This document shows, one piece after another, positions 13,293 through 24,960 of a stretch of DNA of 64,000 bases. The translations under genes and the position numbers were made by a program. The stretch lies in NCBI GenBank assembly GCA_951406725.2, contig OX597838.1, forward strand, positions 15,562,001-15,626,000, in the 5' to 3' direction. Source of the stretch: Octopus vulgaris. Lineage: Eukaryota. The notes under the pieces were generated by a model, which searched no databases, was not told the origin of the DNA, and was given only the letters and a program-made list of their open reading frames with translations. Within the stretch, counting starts at the first letter, position 1; the number at the start of each line of letters is the position of its first letter.

Positions 13293-13760
13293 TACATTTA
13301 ATGGAATGGCGGATTCAGTAGTGTCAGGCAAAATGCTTTGTGATGTTTGTCCTGGCTCTTTAGGTTAAAATCCTGCTGTGGCTAACTTTGCCTTTCATCC
13401 TTTCGGGGTTGATAAAATTAAGTACCAGTCAAGCACTGAGGTCAATTTAATTGACTGACCCCCCCCCTCCCAATATCTGAGGGAGGCATATTTAAGTTTA
13501 AAAATTATTATTATTATTTTGTTTTATTAGGGATTTTTTTGTTGGGTGTTTTTTTTTTTTGTCTTTTTTTGCTGGAGATAGAGGCTCTGCTCAAGGCTTC
13601 TGTAGGGATACCAAGACCAACGAGATGAATGCAGTTTGATTTTTTAATTATTGTTATTATCAATACAGGTGCAGATATTGAGGTATTGTTAGCTGTTGCT
13701 CCACTGTGCCTTTGTGCCAGTTCTTGCTTCAGTTTGTCGTTTCCCTTGTTTGTTTGACAG

Positions 13761-13918
13761 GTGTTCAAGGAAGTGGCTCCATATCTTTTCCAGCACCTTC
13801 CAAAAGACCCATGATTGGAGTTCCAGGAGCAGAGAATGAAGCCCTTGAGGCAGCACTAGGCCTTGGAGAGTTAGCAGGACTAACGGTAGCCAACGAAGCA
13901 GACCCACAAGCTTATGAT
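13761..13918 (+). CDS. STRN3: Striatin exon (GVQGSGSISFP...LGLGELAGLTVANEADPQAYD)
   Basis: gacag acceptor, gtgagt donor; LGLGELAGLTVANEAD is a striatin signature. Confidence 0.95.
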
Positions 13919-14177
13919 GTGAGTATGAGTTTGGTCACTGGTCTTACTGTTTGTGCTGTGAGTAGATGTTTTAAAAGATGAATTGATAGGAAAGTTGTGT
14001 AATATCTCATTTTGTATGTGAAATTAATTATAATGGTGCAGGTATGACTGTGTAGTAAGAAGCTTGCTTTCCAACCACATGATTCTGAGTTCAGAACCTA
14101 TTGCCTGGCACCTTGGGCAACTGTCCTAACCAAAGCCTTGTGAGTGGATTTGGTAGACAGAAACTGAAAGAAGCCTG

Positions 14178-14220
<43 letters not shown>

Positions 14221-14255
14221 CCAGCTGTAGAAACATTGCCAGATAAGACCGGAGC

Positions 14256-14326
<71 letters not shown>

Positions 14327-14330
14327 ATGA

Positions 14331-14559
14331 AGGCGGCGAGCTGGCAGAAACGTTAGCATGCCGGGCGAAATGCGTTGCCGTATTTCGTCTGTCGTTACGT
14401 TCCGTGTTCAAATTCCGCCGAGGTCGACTTTGCCTTTCATCCTTCCGGGGTCGATAAATTAAGTACCAGTTACGCACTGGGGTCGATGTAATCGACTTAA
14501 TCCCTTTGTCTGTCCTTGTTTGTCTCCTCTGTGTTTAACCCCTTGTGGGTAGTAAAGAA

Positions 14560-14560
<1 letters not shown>
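14331..14560 (+). mobile_element. Young tRNA-SINE with gcctttcatcc..ggggtcgataaattaagtaccag core (also 17310-17535, 25531-25750, 26143-26372, 39230-39465)
   Basis: A/B-box-like head (tggcagaaacgttag; gttcaaattcc); central core resembles that of widespread invertebrate SINE superfamilies; high identity between copies. Confidence 0.9.
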
Positions 14561-14590
<30 letters not shown>

Positions 14591-14702
14591 CACACACATA
14601 CAATAAGAGGCTTCCAAATAGGAAAGAGCAGTAGAAATCTCAAGACCACAAAAAGGATAAATTCACGAAGGAAATGAAAATTAAAAACGTTTACCATCTC
14701 AA

Positions 14703-14784
14703 CTATTTCCCAGACCGCGGTTTCTAACTATTTCCAGCAAAAAAAAAAATATTTACTGAAGGCCAGTTTTCTTCAGTGGGATAG
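14703..14784 (-). ncRNA. Type I hammerhead ribozyme motif, antisense to striatin
   Basis: Minus strand reads UCCCA-CUGAAGA-[stem II]-GAAA-CCGCGG-UC-UGGGA; closing pair of stem II is an A-A mismatch. Confidence 0.7.
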
Positions 14785-14959
14785 CCTTTAAATTTCAGAC
14801 ATACAGACTACTAGATGCACATGTAGATCTAACGGTTTGTAAATCCTAACTTTTCAAACCACTGCGCAGACGCAGATTATACCCGGTGACAGAGAGGATA
14901 CCGGTAAAAATTTCGGACGAATTTATCAAGCAAGTGTGAGTACACACACACACATATAT

Positions 14960-14991
<32 letters not shown>

Positions 14992-15050
14992 TAAACACGT
15001 TTTGGCACAGAAAGCTGGGGTTAGTTTTTCAGATTGCATTTACACTGAAC

Positions 15051-15129
15051 GATTGTACTGATGAGGCCACGGACATTTGAATTATGTAAGTAATTCTTTT
15101 GTTAAAGGCCGAAACCGAGGTATGCAATT
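15051..15129 (+). ncRNA. Type I hammerhead ribozyme, intact core
   Basis: GAUUGUA-CUGAUGA-GGCC...GGCC-GAAA-CCGAGG-UA-UGCAAUU; all core nucleotides and stems I-III present. Confidence 0.85.
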
Positions 15130-15284
15130 AATTCTGTTTTTTATATAAATTTTCATCTGTCCTGCCCGCCAAATTTGGTTCTGGTGTTCACTGAATTTTT
15201 CCTCTAGAGAACTTTCTTTGTAGTTTGATCGTTGATGATCTATTTCTAGCATATGGCCGACTACCTAGCAGTCTTGCCCTGCCA

Positions 15285-15334
<50 letters not shown>

Positions 15335-15634
15335 TAATTTGTAAGAACATAGCTACAAAAGAAGGTGAAGAAAATAGCACTTGGATACTAAAGATTGAGC
15401 AAAATATAGTGTTTCTCTCTTTGTTGAACATATACTTTAAGTGTTCCTAATTATTTTGCCAATTTTACTCACTGTTGTGATTTTGCTGATCAGTGGCCAC
15501 AGATGTCACTTGTTTCCTTAATGCCCAGTTTATTTATTATTTATCTTTTTGGTTGGGTGGGTGAGTGGGGGCATAATTTTTGCTATATTCTACATAATAT
15601 ATAATCTCTTTAGCTTATTATCTTCTTTGTTTCC

Positions 15635-15835
15635 CTGCTGGCAGAATCATTAGTACTCTGAGCAAAATGCTTGGCAGCATTTTGTCCATCTTCATTGTTC
15701 TGAAATATGACCAAGATCGACTCTGTCTTACATCCTTTTGGGGTTGATAAAATAAGTACCAGTTGAATACTGGAGTTGTTGTATTCGATGAGTCCTCTCC
15801 CACCAATTTCAGGCCTTGTACCTTTAGCAGAAAGG

Positions 15836-15867
<32 letters not shown>

Positions 15868-16445
15868 GAGGTGAGGTGGCAGAATTCTTAGCATGCTGGG
15901 CAAAATGCTTTGTGGCATTTGTTTCCGACTTTATGTTGTGAGTTGAAATGCCATTGGAGTTGACTTTGCTTTTCATCCTTTCGGGTTTGATAAATTAAGT
16001 ATGAGTGAAACACTGGTGGTGGGGGTGGGGGTGATATAATTGACTAGTCCCCACCCCACAAATTTGAGGCTTTGTGCATCCAGTAGAAAGGATTGTTGTT
16101 ACTATTATTATTACTATTGAGTTCAAACTCTGTCAAGGTTGACTTTGCCTTTCATTCTTTTCAAAGTTGATAAAATAAGCACCAGTTGAGGACCGGGGTC
16201 AATGTAATCAACTTAGCCCTCCCTGAAAATTAGTGGCCTTGTGCCAAAATTTGAAATTACTATTGTTAGAATCGTCAGCATGCTGGACAAAATGCTACGT
16301 TCTGGGTTCAGATTCTGCTAAGGTCAACTTCGCCTTTCATCCTTTCGGGGTTGATAAATTAAGTAACAGTGAAACACTGGGATTGATGTAATTGACTAGT
16401 CTCCTCCCTATAAATTTGGAGGCCTTGTGCCTCCAGTGGAAAGGA
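15635..16445 (+). mobile_element. Head-to-tail cluster of about four older SINE copies
   Basis: Repeated ctttcatcc..ggttgataaa..agtac core, partly separated by (TTA)n tails. Confidence 0.8.
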
Positions 16446-16480
16446 TCATTATTTAATTATTTATTTATATATTTATCTAG

Positions 16481-16539
16481 ATATCAGCTCCGAAAGAGGT
16501 TTTTCGAAAAACCTGGAATGCCAAATATACATTGCGAAG
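16481..16539 (+). CDS. STRN3: Striatin exon (ISAPKEVFRKTWNAKYTLRS)
   Basis: ctag acceptor, gtaaga donor; matches RKTWNPKYTLRS just before WD1. Confidence 0.95.
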
Positions 16540-16732
16540 GTAAGAACTCTTTTACGTTAGTTGATTGTTTATTTATTTATTTTTTGATCACTCTCTTTCT
16601 TCTTCTATATTTTCTTTCCTTTTTCTTCATTCTCTTTTTTGGCTCCTTTTCTTCCTATCTCTCCCCACTTCATCTTCATTCTTTCATTCTTCTTGCTAAC
16701 ACTAATAATGTTCCTCGTTTTTTCTTTTCCAG

Positions 16733-16849
16733 CCATTTTGATGGAGTTAGGTCATTAGCATTCCATCCCATAGACCCTGTATTAATAACAGCATCAGAGG
16801 ATCACACTTTGAAATTATGGAATCTTCAGAAAACAGTTCCAGCCAAAAA
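16733..16849 (+). CDS. STRN3: Striatin WD40 exon (HFDGVRSLAFHPIDPVLITASEDHTLKLWNLQKTVPAK)
   Basis: ccag acceptor, gtaagt donor; near-identical to STRN3 WD1. Confidence 0.97.
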
Positions 16850-17789
16850 GTAAGTATGTTTGTGCGTGTTAGTGTGGGTGTGTGTCTTGCAATGCATTTA
16901 TATGCACGTAAAAAGCACCCACTACACTCATGGAGTGGTTGGCGTTAGGAAGGGCATCCAGCTGTAGAAACATTGCCAGATAAGACTGGAGCCTGGTGCA
17001 GCCTTCTGGCTTCCCAGATCCCCGGTCGAACCATCCAACCCATGCTAGCATGGAGAACGGACGTTAAATGATGATGATGATGTCACCTCGCCAGTCCTGC
17101 TGTCTTCAAAAGAACACTGAGTATACTTTATAATGTTGTGGAAGAACACCCAGCTGTAGAAACCCAGCCAAAACAGACATTGGAGCTTGGTGCAGTTCTC
17201 AGGCTTGATGGTTTCAGTCAAACCATACAACCCATGCCAGCATAGAAACTGGACATCAAATAATAGTTTCAAATTTTGCCACAAGGGCAGCAGTTTTGCA
17301 GTGACAGGATGAGCTGGCAGAAACGATAGCACGCCGGACAAAACGCGTAGCCGTATTTTGTCTGCCGTTACGTTCTGAGTTCAAATTCCGCCAGGGTCGA
17401 CTTTGCCTTTCATTCTTTCAGGGTCGATAAATTAAGTACCAGTTACGCACTGGGGTCGGTGTAATCGACTTAATCCCTTTGTCTGTCCTTGTTTGTCCCC
17501 TCTGTGTTTAGCCCCTTGTGGGTAGTAAAGAAATAGGATGAGTCGATTACATCAACACAGTGTTCAACTGGTACTTATTTCATTGATCCCGAAAGGATGA
17601 AAGCAAAGTCGACCTCAGTGGAATTTGAACTCAAAATGTAGTGACGGGTGAAATACTGCTAAGCATTTAATCCAGCGTGCTAAAGATTCTGCCAGCTTTC
17701 CACCTTAACTGGATATTAAATAATGATGATGATTATGTGTATGTATGCGTGCATTTGTGTGTGCACGCATGTTTGAGTGAGAGTTTATT

Positions 17790-18190
17790 CTTGTACTTGT
17801 TTCAGTCATTTGACTGCAGCCATGCTGGAGCACCGCCTTAAAAGGTTTTTTTGTCAAAGAAATTTACCCCAGGACTTATTCTTTGTAAGCCTTGTACTTC
17901 TTCTATTGGTCTCTTTTGCCAAATTGCTAAGTTACAAGAACATAAACACTCCAACATCAGTTGTCAAGTGAAGGTGGTGGGACAAACTGAGGCACACACA
18001 AATAAACACACACAAATAAACACACACACACAACAGGCTTCTTTCAGTTCCCATCTACCAAATCCACTCACAAGGCTTTGGTGAGGCAAGGCTATAATAG
18101 AAGGCACTTACCCAAGGTACCATGCAGTTGGACTGAACTTAGAACCATGTGGTTGAGAAGCAAGCTTCTTACCACACAGCCAAGCCTGGT
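17790..18190 (-). mobile_element. tRNA-SINE family 2 (ccttgggcaagt CORE/V-like motif), antisense copy
   Basis: Reverse complement of the 51467-51860 copy. Confidence 0.85.
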
Positions 18191-18961
18191 ATATTTTTAG
18201 TGCATTTGTGTATGAGTTTGTGTACATGAGTGCTTTTCTATGTATGTGTGTGTGTGTGTGTGTGTGTCTCTCTGTCTGCATATTTAAGTACCTTTATAAG
18301 AGTGGTTGGCTGTCAGTGAAGCAAATATGTAACATTCTAAGCAAAAATTGATTGTAGATCAATAAAGTGCCTCTGCCTAAAGCTTTAAATATTTCTTCTC
18401 ATTGTCGACAAACTAAAAAACTAATGCTTTAGAAATTCTAATTTATTTCATCATCATCATCATCATCGTTTAACGTCCGTTTTCCATGCTAGCATGGGTT
18501 ATCCAATATTCAGTCCTTCCCAAATGGGGTACTTTTTATCACAGTCACCTGCTGAAAGGCCATTCCATGCTTGCTATGTTTCTGTTTTATTAAACAAAAT
18601 ACATTTTTTTCACTAATGTGTAAGTTTGTAGTTGTGGCAAATTAACAAAGTTATATATTAATGTATATTAAGGCAGTAAGCTGGCAGAATCATTAGCACA
18701 GTGGGCAAAATGCTTAGTGGCATTATGTCTGGCTTTACATTCTGGGTTCAAATTCCACCAAGGTTGACTTTGTGTTCCATCTTTTTGGGGTCAATAAAAT
18801 GAGTACTTGTTGAACACTGGGGTTGACTTACCTCCTCCTCTGAAATTGCTGGCCTTGTGCCAGAATTTGAAATCATATATTAATGTATGTATTTATTGTA
18901 TTTATTAATATATTATTGTATATAATTATTGATTTTTTTCTTCTTGTCTCTCTATCAACAG

Positions 18962-19131
18962 GACCGCTTCAGTGGATGTTGAACCAGTGTATACATTTCG
19001 AGCCCATGAAGGTCCTGTGTTATGCCTTGCTGTTAGCCCTACTGGAGAACAATGTTACAGTGGTGGTGTGGATAACACTATCCGCTGTTGGAATATCCCA
19101 ATCTCTAGTATTGACCCCTATGATTCTTTTG
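18962..19131 (+). CDS. STRN3: Striatin WD40 exon (TASVDVEPVYTFRAHEGPV...DPYDSF)
   Basis: acag acceptor, gtaagc donor; phases 2 to 1 consistent with neighbours. Confidence 0.97.
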
Positions 19132-19211
19132 GTAAGCACCCCTGTTTTTTTGAAAAAAGAAATTCTCATTTTTTTGTTCTTATTTGTTCTATTGTCTTTT
19201 TTTTTTAAAAC

Positions 19212-19455
19212 TGGTATGGCTGTGTGGCTTCCCAACCACATGGTTCCAGATTTAGTCCCACAGCGTAACACCTTGGGCAAGTATCTTCTACTGTAGCCTC
19301 AGTAGTAGACGGAATCTTGTGAGTGGTCGATGGAATCTGAAAGAAGCCCATCGTATACATATATATGTATGTGTGTGTGTCTTTTCGTCTGTGTTTGTCC
19401 CCCGCCACTGCTTGACAACTGGTGTTAGTGTGTTTACATCCCTGTAACTTAGTGT
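19212..19455 (+). mobile_element. tRNA-SINE family 2 (also ~6222-6500, 6668-6830, 14037-14180, 25753-26115, 35188-35575, 52381-52742, 60560-60930)
   Basis: tggctgtgtgg..cttcccaaccacatggttcc..agtccca..ccttgggcaagt. Confidence 0.85.
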
Positions 19456-19479
19456 TACTCTGATATGTATTGATGTTTT

Positions 19480-19805
19480 TCAATATTGTTCCCCCCTACA
19501 AACACATTTAATGGAATGATGATGCACCTGAGGGTGGTCCATTGCTGAGATTTAAGTGAAAAATTTGAACTGTCCATGTTTTAAACTCTGATTTTTTAAA
19601 AAAATTGAAAAAGAGTGGAACTCTTATGATTTAATGGGGGTAGGGTTTAAGAAAATTAAAATGGAAAAAAAAATTTTTTTTTTCATAATTACATGAATTC
19701 CTGTTTGTAAAACACAGATACACAAAATTTTTCTGAAAACTCCTCAAACTAAAAGAAGTTATGAATGAGAGGTTATATGCAGTGCTTAAACCAGAATTTC
19801 ACCAA
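19480..19805 (-). mobile_element. Half of a TIR DNA-transposon derivative (family of 37957-38773)
   Basis: 19481-19580 is the reverse complement of ~38460-38555; ends in a decayed TIR. Confidence 0.7.
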
Positions 19806-19858
19806 ACTTTGTGTATATGCATACAAGCCATTTAAAAACTTTTTTTTCTCTTCTCTAG

Positions 19859-20026
19859 ATTGCTCAGTTCTGCAAGAAACTTTAGTTGGTCACACAGATG
19901 CTGTATGGGGCTTGTCAATACACAGTTCCAGGTCACAGCTGTTGTCTTGCTCTGCAGATGGCTCAGTTAGATTGTGGAGCCCTGGCAGTAAAGACCCTTT
20001 ACTGTCAGTGTTTAAAGTTGACACCG
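19859..20026 (+). CDS. STRN3: Striatin WD40 exon (LVGHTDAVWGL...LLSCSADGSVRLW)
   Basis: ctag acceptor, gtaagt donor; GH...W WD40 repeat. Confidence 0.97.
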
Positions 20027-20957
20027 GTAAGTATCATGGTAATTTCTGTTCACGTTCCTGACATTCCAGGGGGGAAATATCTTGTGTGGACAAGATATTG
20101 AGTTAGCAACATTGTACATACTTAAATTATCATTAAAGGGTTTCATTACCTTGAGGAGAAGATCTAAAAGATAGTTCAGAAACAATAACTATACCAGTCA
20201 ATTCTTGCTGCTATGATATATAAAATATCAGCATCTTTCCAGATGCTGAAATTGCAAATAGCCTTATTAGGCTTATTAAAAATTCACTATTAGTGACAGA
20301 AGCAGCATTAGTACCAAAAGATAATCTCTGTATCCAACTTAACATGGATGCTTTGTTAGAACATTGACTACAGTGTTATTAGGTTTGTGAGATCTTCTCA
20401 TATAGGTACTTGGTATATAAAACTACACACATAAATTGTAGCAGACAAAATTCATTCATCACGATTGCTGAAATTTCCATATCACATGATTTTGGTCTAT
20501 TGGACCTCATCAGTGGGAACCAAAAATCACTGCAAGCCAGTTTGGGGTTGATAAAATAAGTACAAGTTGAGCACTAGGGTCAATATAATCGACTTACTCC
20601 CTCCCATAAAATTGCTGACCTTGTGCCAAAATTTGAAATCAATATTTTATAAATGGTAGTCATAGGCAGTGATATTTGTTGTATGAGTGTCAGCATTGCT
20701 GCTGCTGCAATTGCTAATTTTTATTGTAAAACTCCATCCAGTAATAAGGCAAACACTGATTTACCTCCCCTCCTTTCTATACACTCACCCGTGTGTGTGT
20801 GTGTGTGTGTGTGTACAAACATAAACTGGTATGGAACCCTGTTCATTATATGAGTAATTGAAATAGATATAAATAGGAGTAATCAATTCCAAGCCACATC
20901 CAAACTCCACATAGAGGTATGGAGTGATGTTTTATTTGTGCATCTATCACTCTAAAA

Positions 20958-21292
20958 ATGGTAAAGACCCCCTTCGGTCATGAATGACCATGGGATTGCA
21001 CCTAGAAAGTTACCCTCTGGGGCACAAGTCTGGGCAAGGTTGTTTATGGAAGACCAGCAGATGCCCATGCATACCAGCCTCCAATCTCCACGCCACTGAT
21101 GATATCCAAGGGAAAGGCAAAAGCCGATACAGCTTGGCACCAGTGACATCACAACTCATTTCTGTTGCTGAGCAAAGTGGAGCAACTTGAAATAAAGTGC
21201 CTTGATCAAGAACACAAGACACAAGAATTGAACTCACTGCCTCATAATTGTGAGCCCCTACATTCTAACCAGTGAGCCATGTACCTTCACTC
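20958..21292 (-). mobile_element. tRNA-SINE family 3 (tail also at 36560-36700 +; related head at ~11445)
   Basis: tRNA-like head tggctcactggttaga..gagttcaattc; tail ggtgcaatcccatggtcattcatgaccgaagggggtc. Confidence 0.75.
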
Positions 21293-21731
21293 TATCAGTA
21301 GCAAATACATAAATATGTAGGTAAATATGTATGTGTGTGTGTTTTCCTTGTGTTACTTTTGTTGATCCCTGCTTTTTGTTTTTAGCAAAAAATATTTTCA
21401 TATTTTCTATATAAAATATGAAAATACGCAGTCTACATGAAATACCTATGTGGACATTAGCGAACTGTTTGTAAATGCTCCCCTAGTCACTTTTGTGAGT
21501 GCATAGACTACTTGTGGTTTGTTGTTCAAATTGCAGCGTGTTAGTCCTCATGCTGGTGCTATATTAAAAGCACCCAGCACTCACTGTAAAGTGGTTGGCA
21601 TTAGGAAAGGCATCCAGCTGTAAAAGACCAAACTAAATCGAGCTGGAACCTGGTGCAGCTCTCTGGTTTGCTAGCTCTGGTCACACTGTCCAATCCATGC
21701 CAGTATGGAAAACGGACATTAATGGATGATG

Positions 21732-21890
21732 TTATCCTTCTGTCCATTGCTCAAAAATCTTTTGTCACACATCTGTGACCTCTTCAGTTACTTTTTCCAT
21801 TCATGTGTATCCTCCTGCTCTACATTGTCCATTTGCTAAAGAGGTCACAGATGTGTGATGAAAGTTTTGTGTTCAATGGACATAAGATAA
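21732..21890. repeat. Inverted repeat, ~55-bp arms with a 20-bp perfect core
   Basis: tcacacatctgtgacctctt / aagaggtcacagatgtgtga. Confidence 0.85.
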
Positions 21891-22200
21891 AATAATAACA
21901 GTAATAAACAAGTAAAGAATGAATATATAATAACAATGTTTGCTATACAATTTGCTTGTTTAGAATAGTATTTGTATTTGCTCTCCCAGGACTTATACAT
22001 TTGCATATCTACTCATGGCTTGTTGTTTAAATTTCAAATCATAAATAACTGGAATCTCTGTTAATTATGCAATTGTGTGTGTAGTTTGCTCCTAGTTTAT
22101 TTCAGAAAAACTGTTTGTTATTCAACTTCTTTGTTTAGAGAACTGGCTGTATACGGATACCAACATATAATTTATATATATATATTTATATCTATTTCAG

Positions 22201-22341
22201 ATGATGGGGTTCCTACATCTGTTGACTATGTATGCTGTGATCCAAGTCAAATGGTCACCTCCTATACATCATCTCATACATACATTTTTGATATAGAGAC
22301 AAAGAAACAAATTCTAAAACTTGACACTAAGCAAAATTCAG
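22201..22341 (+). CDS. STRN3: Striatin exon (GVPTSVDYVCCDPSQMVTSY...IFDIET)
   Basis: ttcag acceptor, gttggt donor; matches GIPTSVDF..CDPAHMVTSF. Confidence 0.95.
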
Positions 22342-22541
22342 GTTGGTTTCTCTCTCTTCTTATTTTTTGCCTTTTTTAAGTTCATTTTTTTCATTCTTTT
22401 TTATTTCTCTCTTTTTTCATTTTTGTCATCATTTTTCTTTCTCAGTCTCTCATCTCCTCCTCTGTCCTTTTTTCTTTTCTTTCGTCTTTATCTTCCTTTC
22501 TTTACACTGATGATAACCCAATAATTCCAATTCTGTTCCAG

Positions 22542-22649
22542 ATCCTAGTTTAAACAATCAGATCAACAGAGTTATCAACCATCCTACATTACCTGTAACT
22601 ATTACTGCTCATGAAGATAGGCATATTAGGTTTTTTGACAACCACACAG
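22542..22649 (+). CDS. STRN3: Striatin WD40 exon (NQINRVINHPTLPVTITAHEDRHIRFFDNHT)
   Basis: ccag acceptor, gtaaga donor; not in the ORF track but open in phase. Confidence 0.97.
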
Positions 22650-24110
22650 GTAAGATATAAACCTTGATAATAGACCTTTGCACACAATGGCCACTTCTAA
22701 ATTTATGTTTGCTGCTGTTTATCAAATATCAGTAAACACACACATGCACAAAAACAAATTTAAATCTAATCTTGGTTTTTAATGTCCATTTGTTTTCATG
22801 CTTAGTCAGATGTCTTCTGTGAATCCTTGTATCCTGAGATCAACCCTCATCCCTGCTGCTTCCTGTCTATGTCTTTCATGATAGTTTAATCAGATCACAG
22901 CTGTCTCTTCTTCTCACTTCTGTTGATGCCTTCGCCAACTTCTCTCATCTTCCTTGTGTTCCCACTTTCATACATTTTAATATTACAGATACTATTTAAG
23001 GGGGCAAGTTGGCAAAACCGTTAGCACACTGGGCTAAATGCTTAATGGCCTGTTGTCTGTCTTTGGGCAGGCATCTTCTACTGTAGCCCTAGCCTCACCA
23101 AAACCTTGTGAGTGCATTTGGCAGATGGAGACTGAAAGAATCATCCTGTCGTGTGTGTCTTTGTTTCCTATTCTTGACATTGTGTGTTAGTTGTAAATGA
23201 GTGTTTTTGTCATGCCAGCAATGTCGTTTATTTCTAATATTCTATGAAAACATGTCTTGCCACGGGGGAAATATTATGTTGCTTGGAAACAGGTAGGGGA
23301 TTTGCAGCCGGGAGGACATTCAGCTGAAGAAAGTTTTCCTCTCTCAGTAAACGCTGCCCATCCCATACGGAAAAGTGCACATTAAAACAGTGATGGTGAT
23401 GGTCATTCAGATAATGTGAACTTCATTCCTCTTCAACGTTCACACATCCATCATCATTATCATCATCATCATCATATTATTATTATTATTATTATTAATA
23501 ATAATATAATAATAATAATAATGATAGGCGGTGACCTGGCAGAATTGTTACCATGCTGAGCAAAATGCTTAGCAACATTTTGTCTGTCTTTATGTTCTGG
23601 GTTCAAATTCCGCTGACATTTACTTCACCATTTACCTTTTCGGTGTTGATAAATTAAATGCCAGGGTCAATGTAATCAACTTACCCGCTTCCCCCAAAAT
23701 TGCTGACCCTGTGCCAAAATTTCTAACTTTTCTTTTTGTAGTTTGTTAGCATAACTTAGACGAAATTTTATTGAGACAAACTTTCTCTTTTGGGGCTTGT
23801 GCAAGAAAACACCTGCCTATAGAACAGACTATAGAACCTGGTGGGGCTCCTGGCCTTGCTAGTTCTTGTCAAGCCATCCAACCCATGCCAACATGGAAGA
23901 AGGATGTTAAATGATGATGCTGATGATGATTACTTTCAACATAGTCATCATCACCAGCATTATTGTCTTCACTCTCATTGCTATGTTCACCAGCATCAGT
24001 ATCACTGTCATCATCATCATCATCATCAACATCATCATTATTGTTGCCCACAATGAATAACTATTCTCTGTGTTGATCAACTAAATATGTTTCTTTTTTT
24101 TCTGTTTTAG

Positions 24111-24197
24111 GAAAAATGGTTCATTCGATGGTTGCCCATTTAGATCCCGTGACTAGCCTGGCTGTTGACCCCAGTGGCTTGTATCTCTTATCAGGGA
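24111..24197 (+). CDS. STRN3: Striatin WD40 exon (GKMVHSMVAHLDPVTSLAVDPSGLYLLSG)
   Basis: tttag acceptor, gtaagt donor. Confidence 0.97.
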
Positions 24198-24679
24198 GTA
24201 AGTATTGATTGGCAAACACCTTCTTCTTTTTAATCCTTTCAGTGTGTTCAATATCAAGTTTCACAGCATTTTATACTGTCTGTTTATATTATGTAAGTTA
24301 GTGTTAACATATTTATTAACAATGACTATTAAAAAAATTAACAGGAAATATACAGTTTGATAGTTGAGTATTAACATATCTTGTTGATAGCTAAGTTATT
24401 TTGGTTTTTTTAATTTTTATATATGTGCGTTATATATATGGCGTTAGGAAGGGCATCCAGCCGTAGAAACACTGCCAGATCTGACTGGGCCTGATGAAGC
24501 CTTCCAGCTTCACAGACCCCAGTTGAACCGTCCAACCCATGCTAGCATGGAAAACGGACGCTAAATGATGATGATGTGCTGGCTTAGAAAGCAGTAGCCT
24601 TGAGTGGTTTGTGGCCTTGAGTCTCTCTGAATAATGATGAGATTAATGCCATTTGTGTTCCTCTTGAATAATTTCTAAT

Positions 24680-24960
24680 CAGCAATGTGCAGGGAAAGAA
24701 ATGAAGCAGAGAGAAAGTTCCAGGAGGATAATGTCCTAGGAAGGAAGGATTGTGTATTATGATTAGTGCAGAATTTGGTTTGGTGTAGAACACAAGAAAG
24801 GGAATGAAAAGAGAAGAAAAGTAGGTCAGGAATGTGCGCGAGTGTAGGAATAATGAACCTTGCAGTTCTGAGGAACATATCTGATGTAAAGAGCCTTTAA
24901 AAAAGATAACCGAAAATATAGATATTGGTCAGAATGACGGACAGACAGACAAGCAAGCAG
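24680..24960 (-). mobile_element. Decayed CR1-type LINE ORF2 C-terminus
   Basis: TNHNTQSFLPRTLSSWNFLSAS resembles the SF.PRT...WN.LP motif. Confidence 0.6.

Noticed and set aside
13669-13682. 14-nt microexon candidate
   Set aside because: Breaks the frame and has a weak pyrimidine tract.
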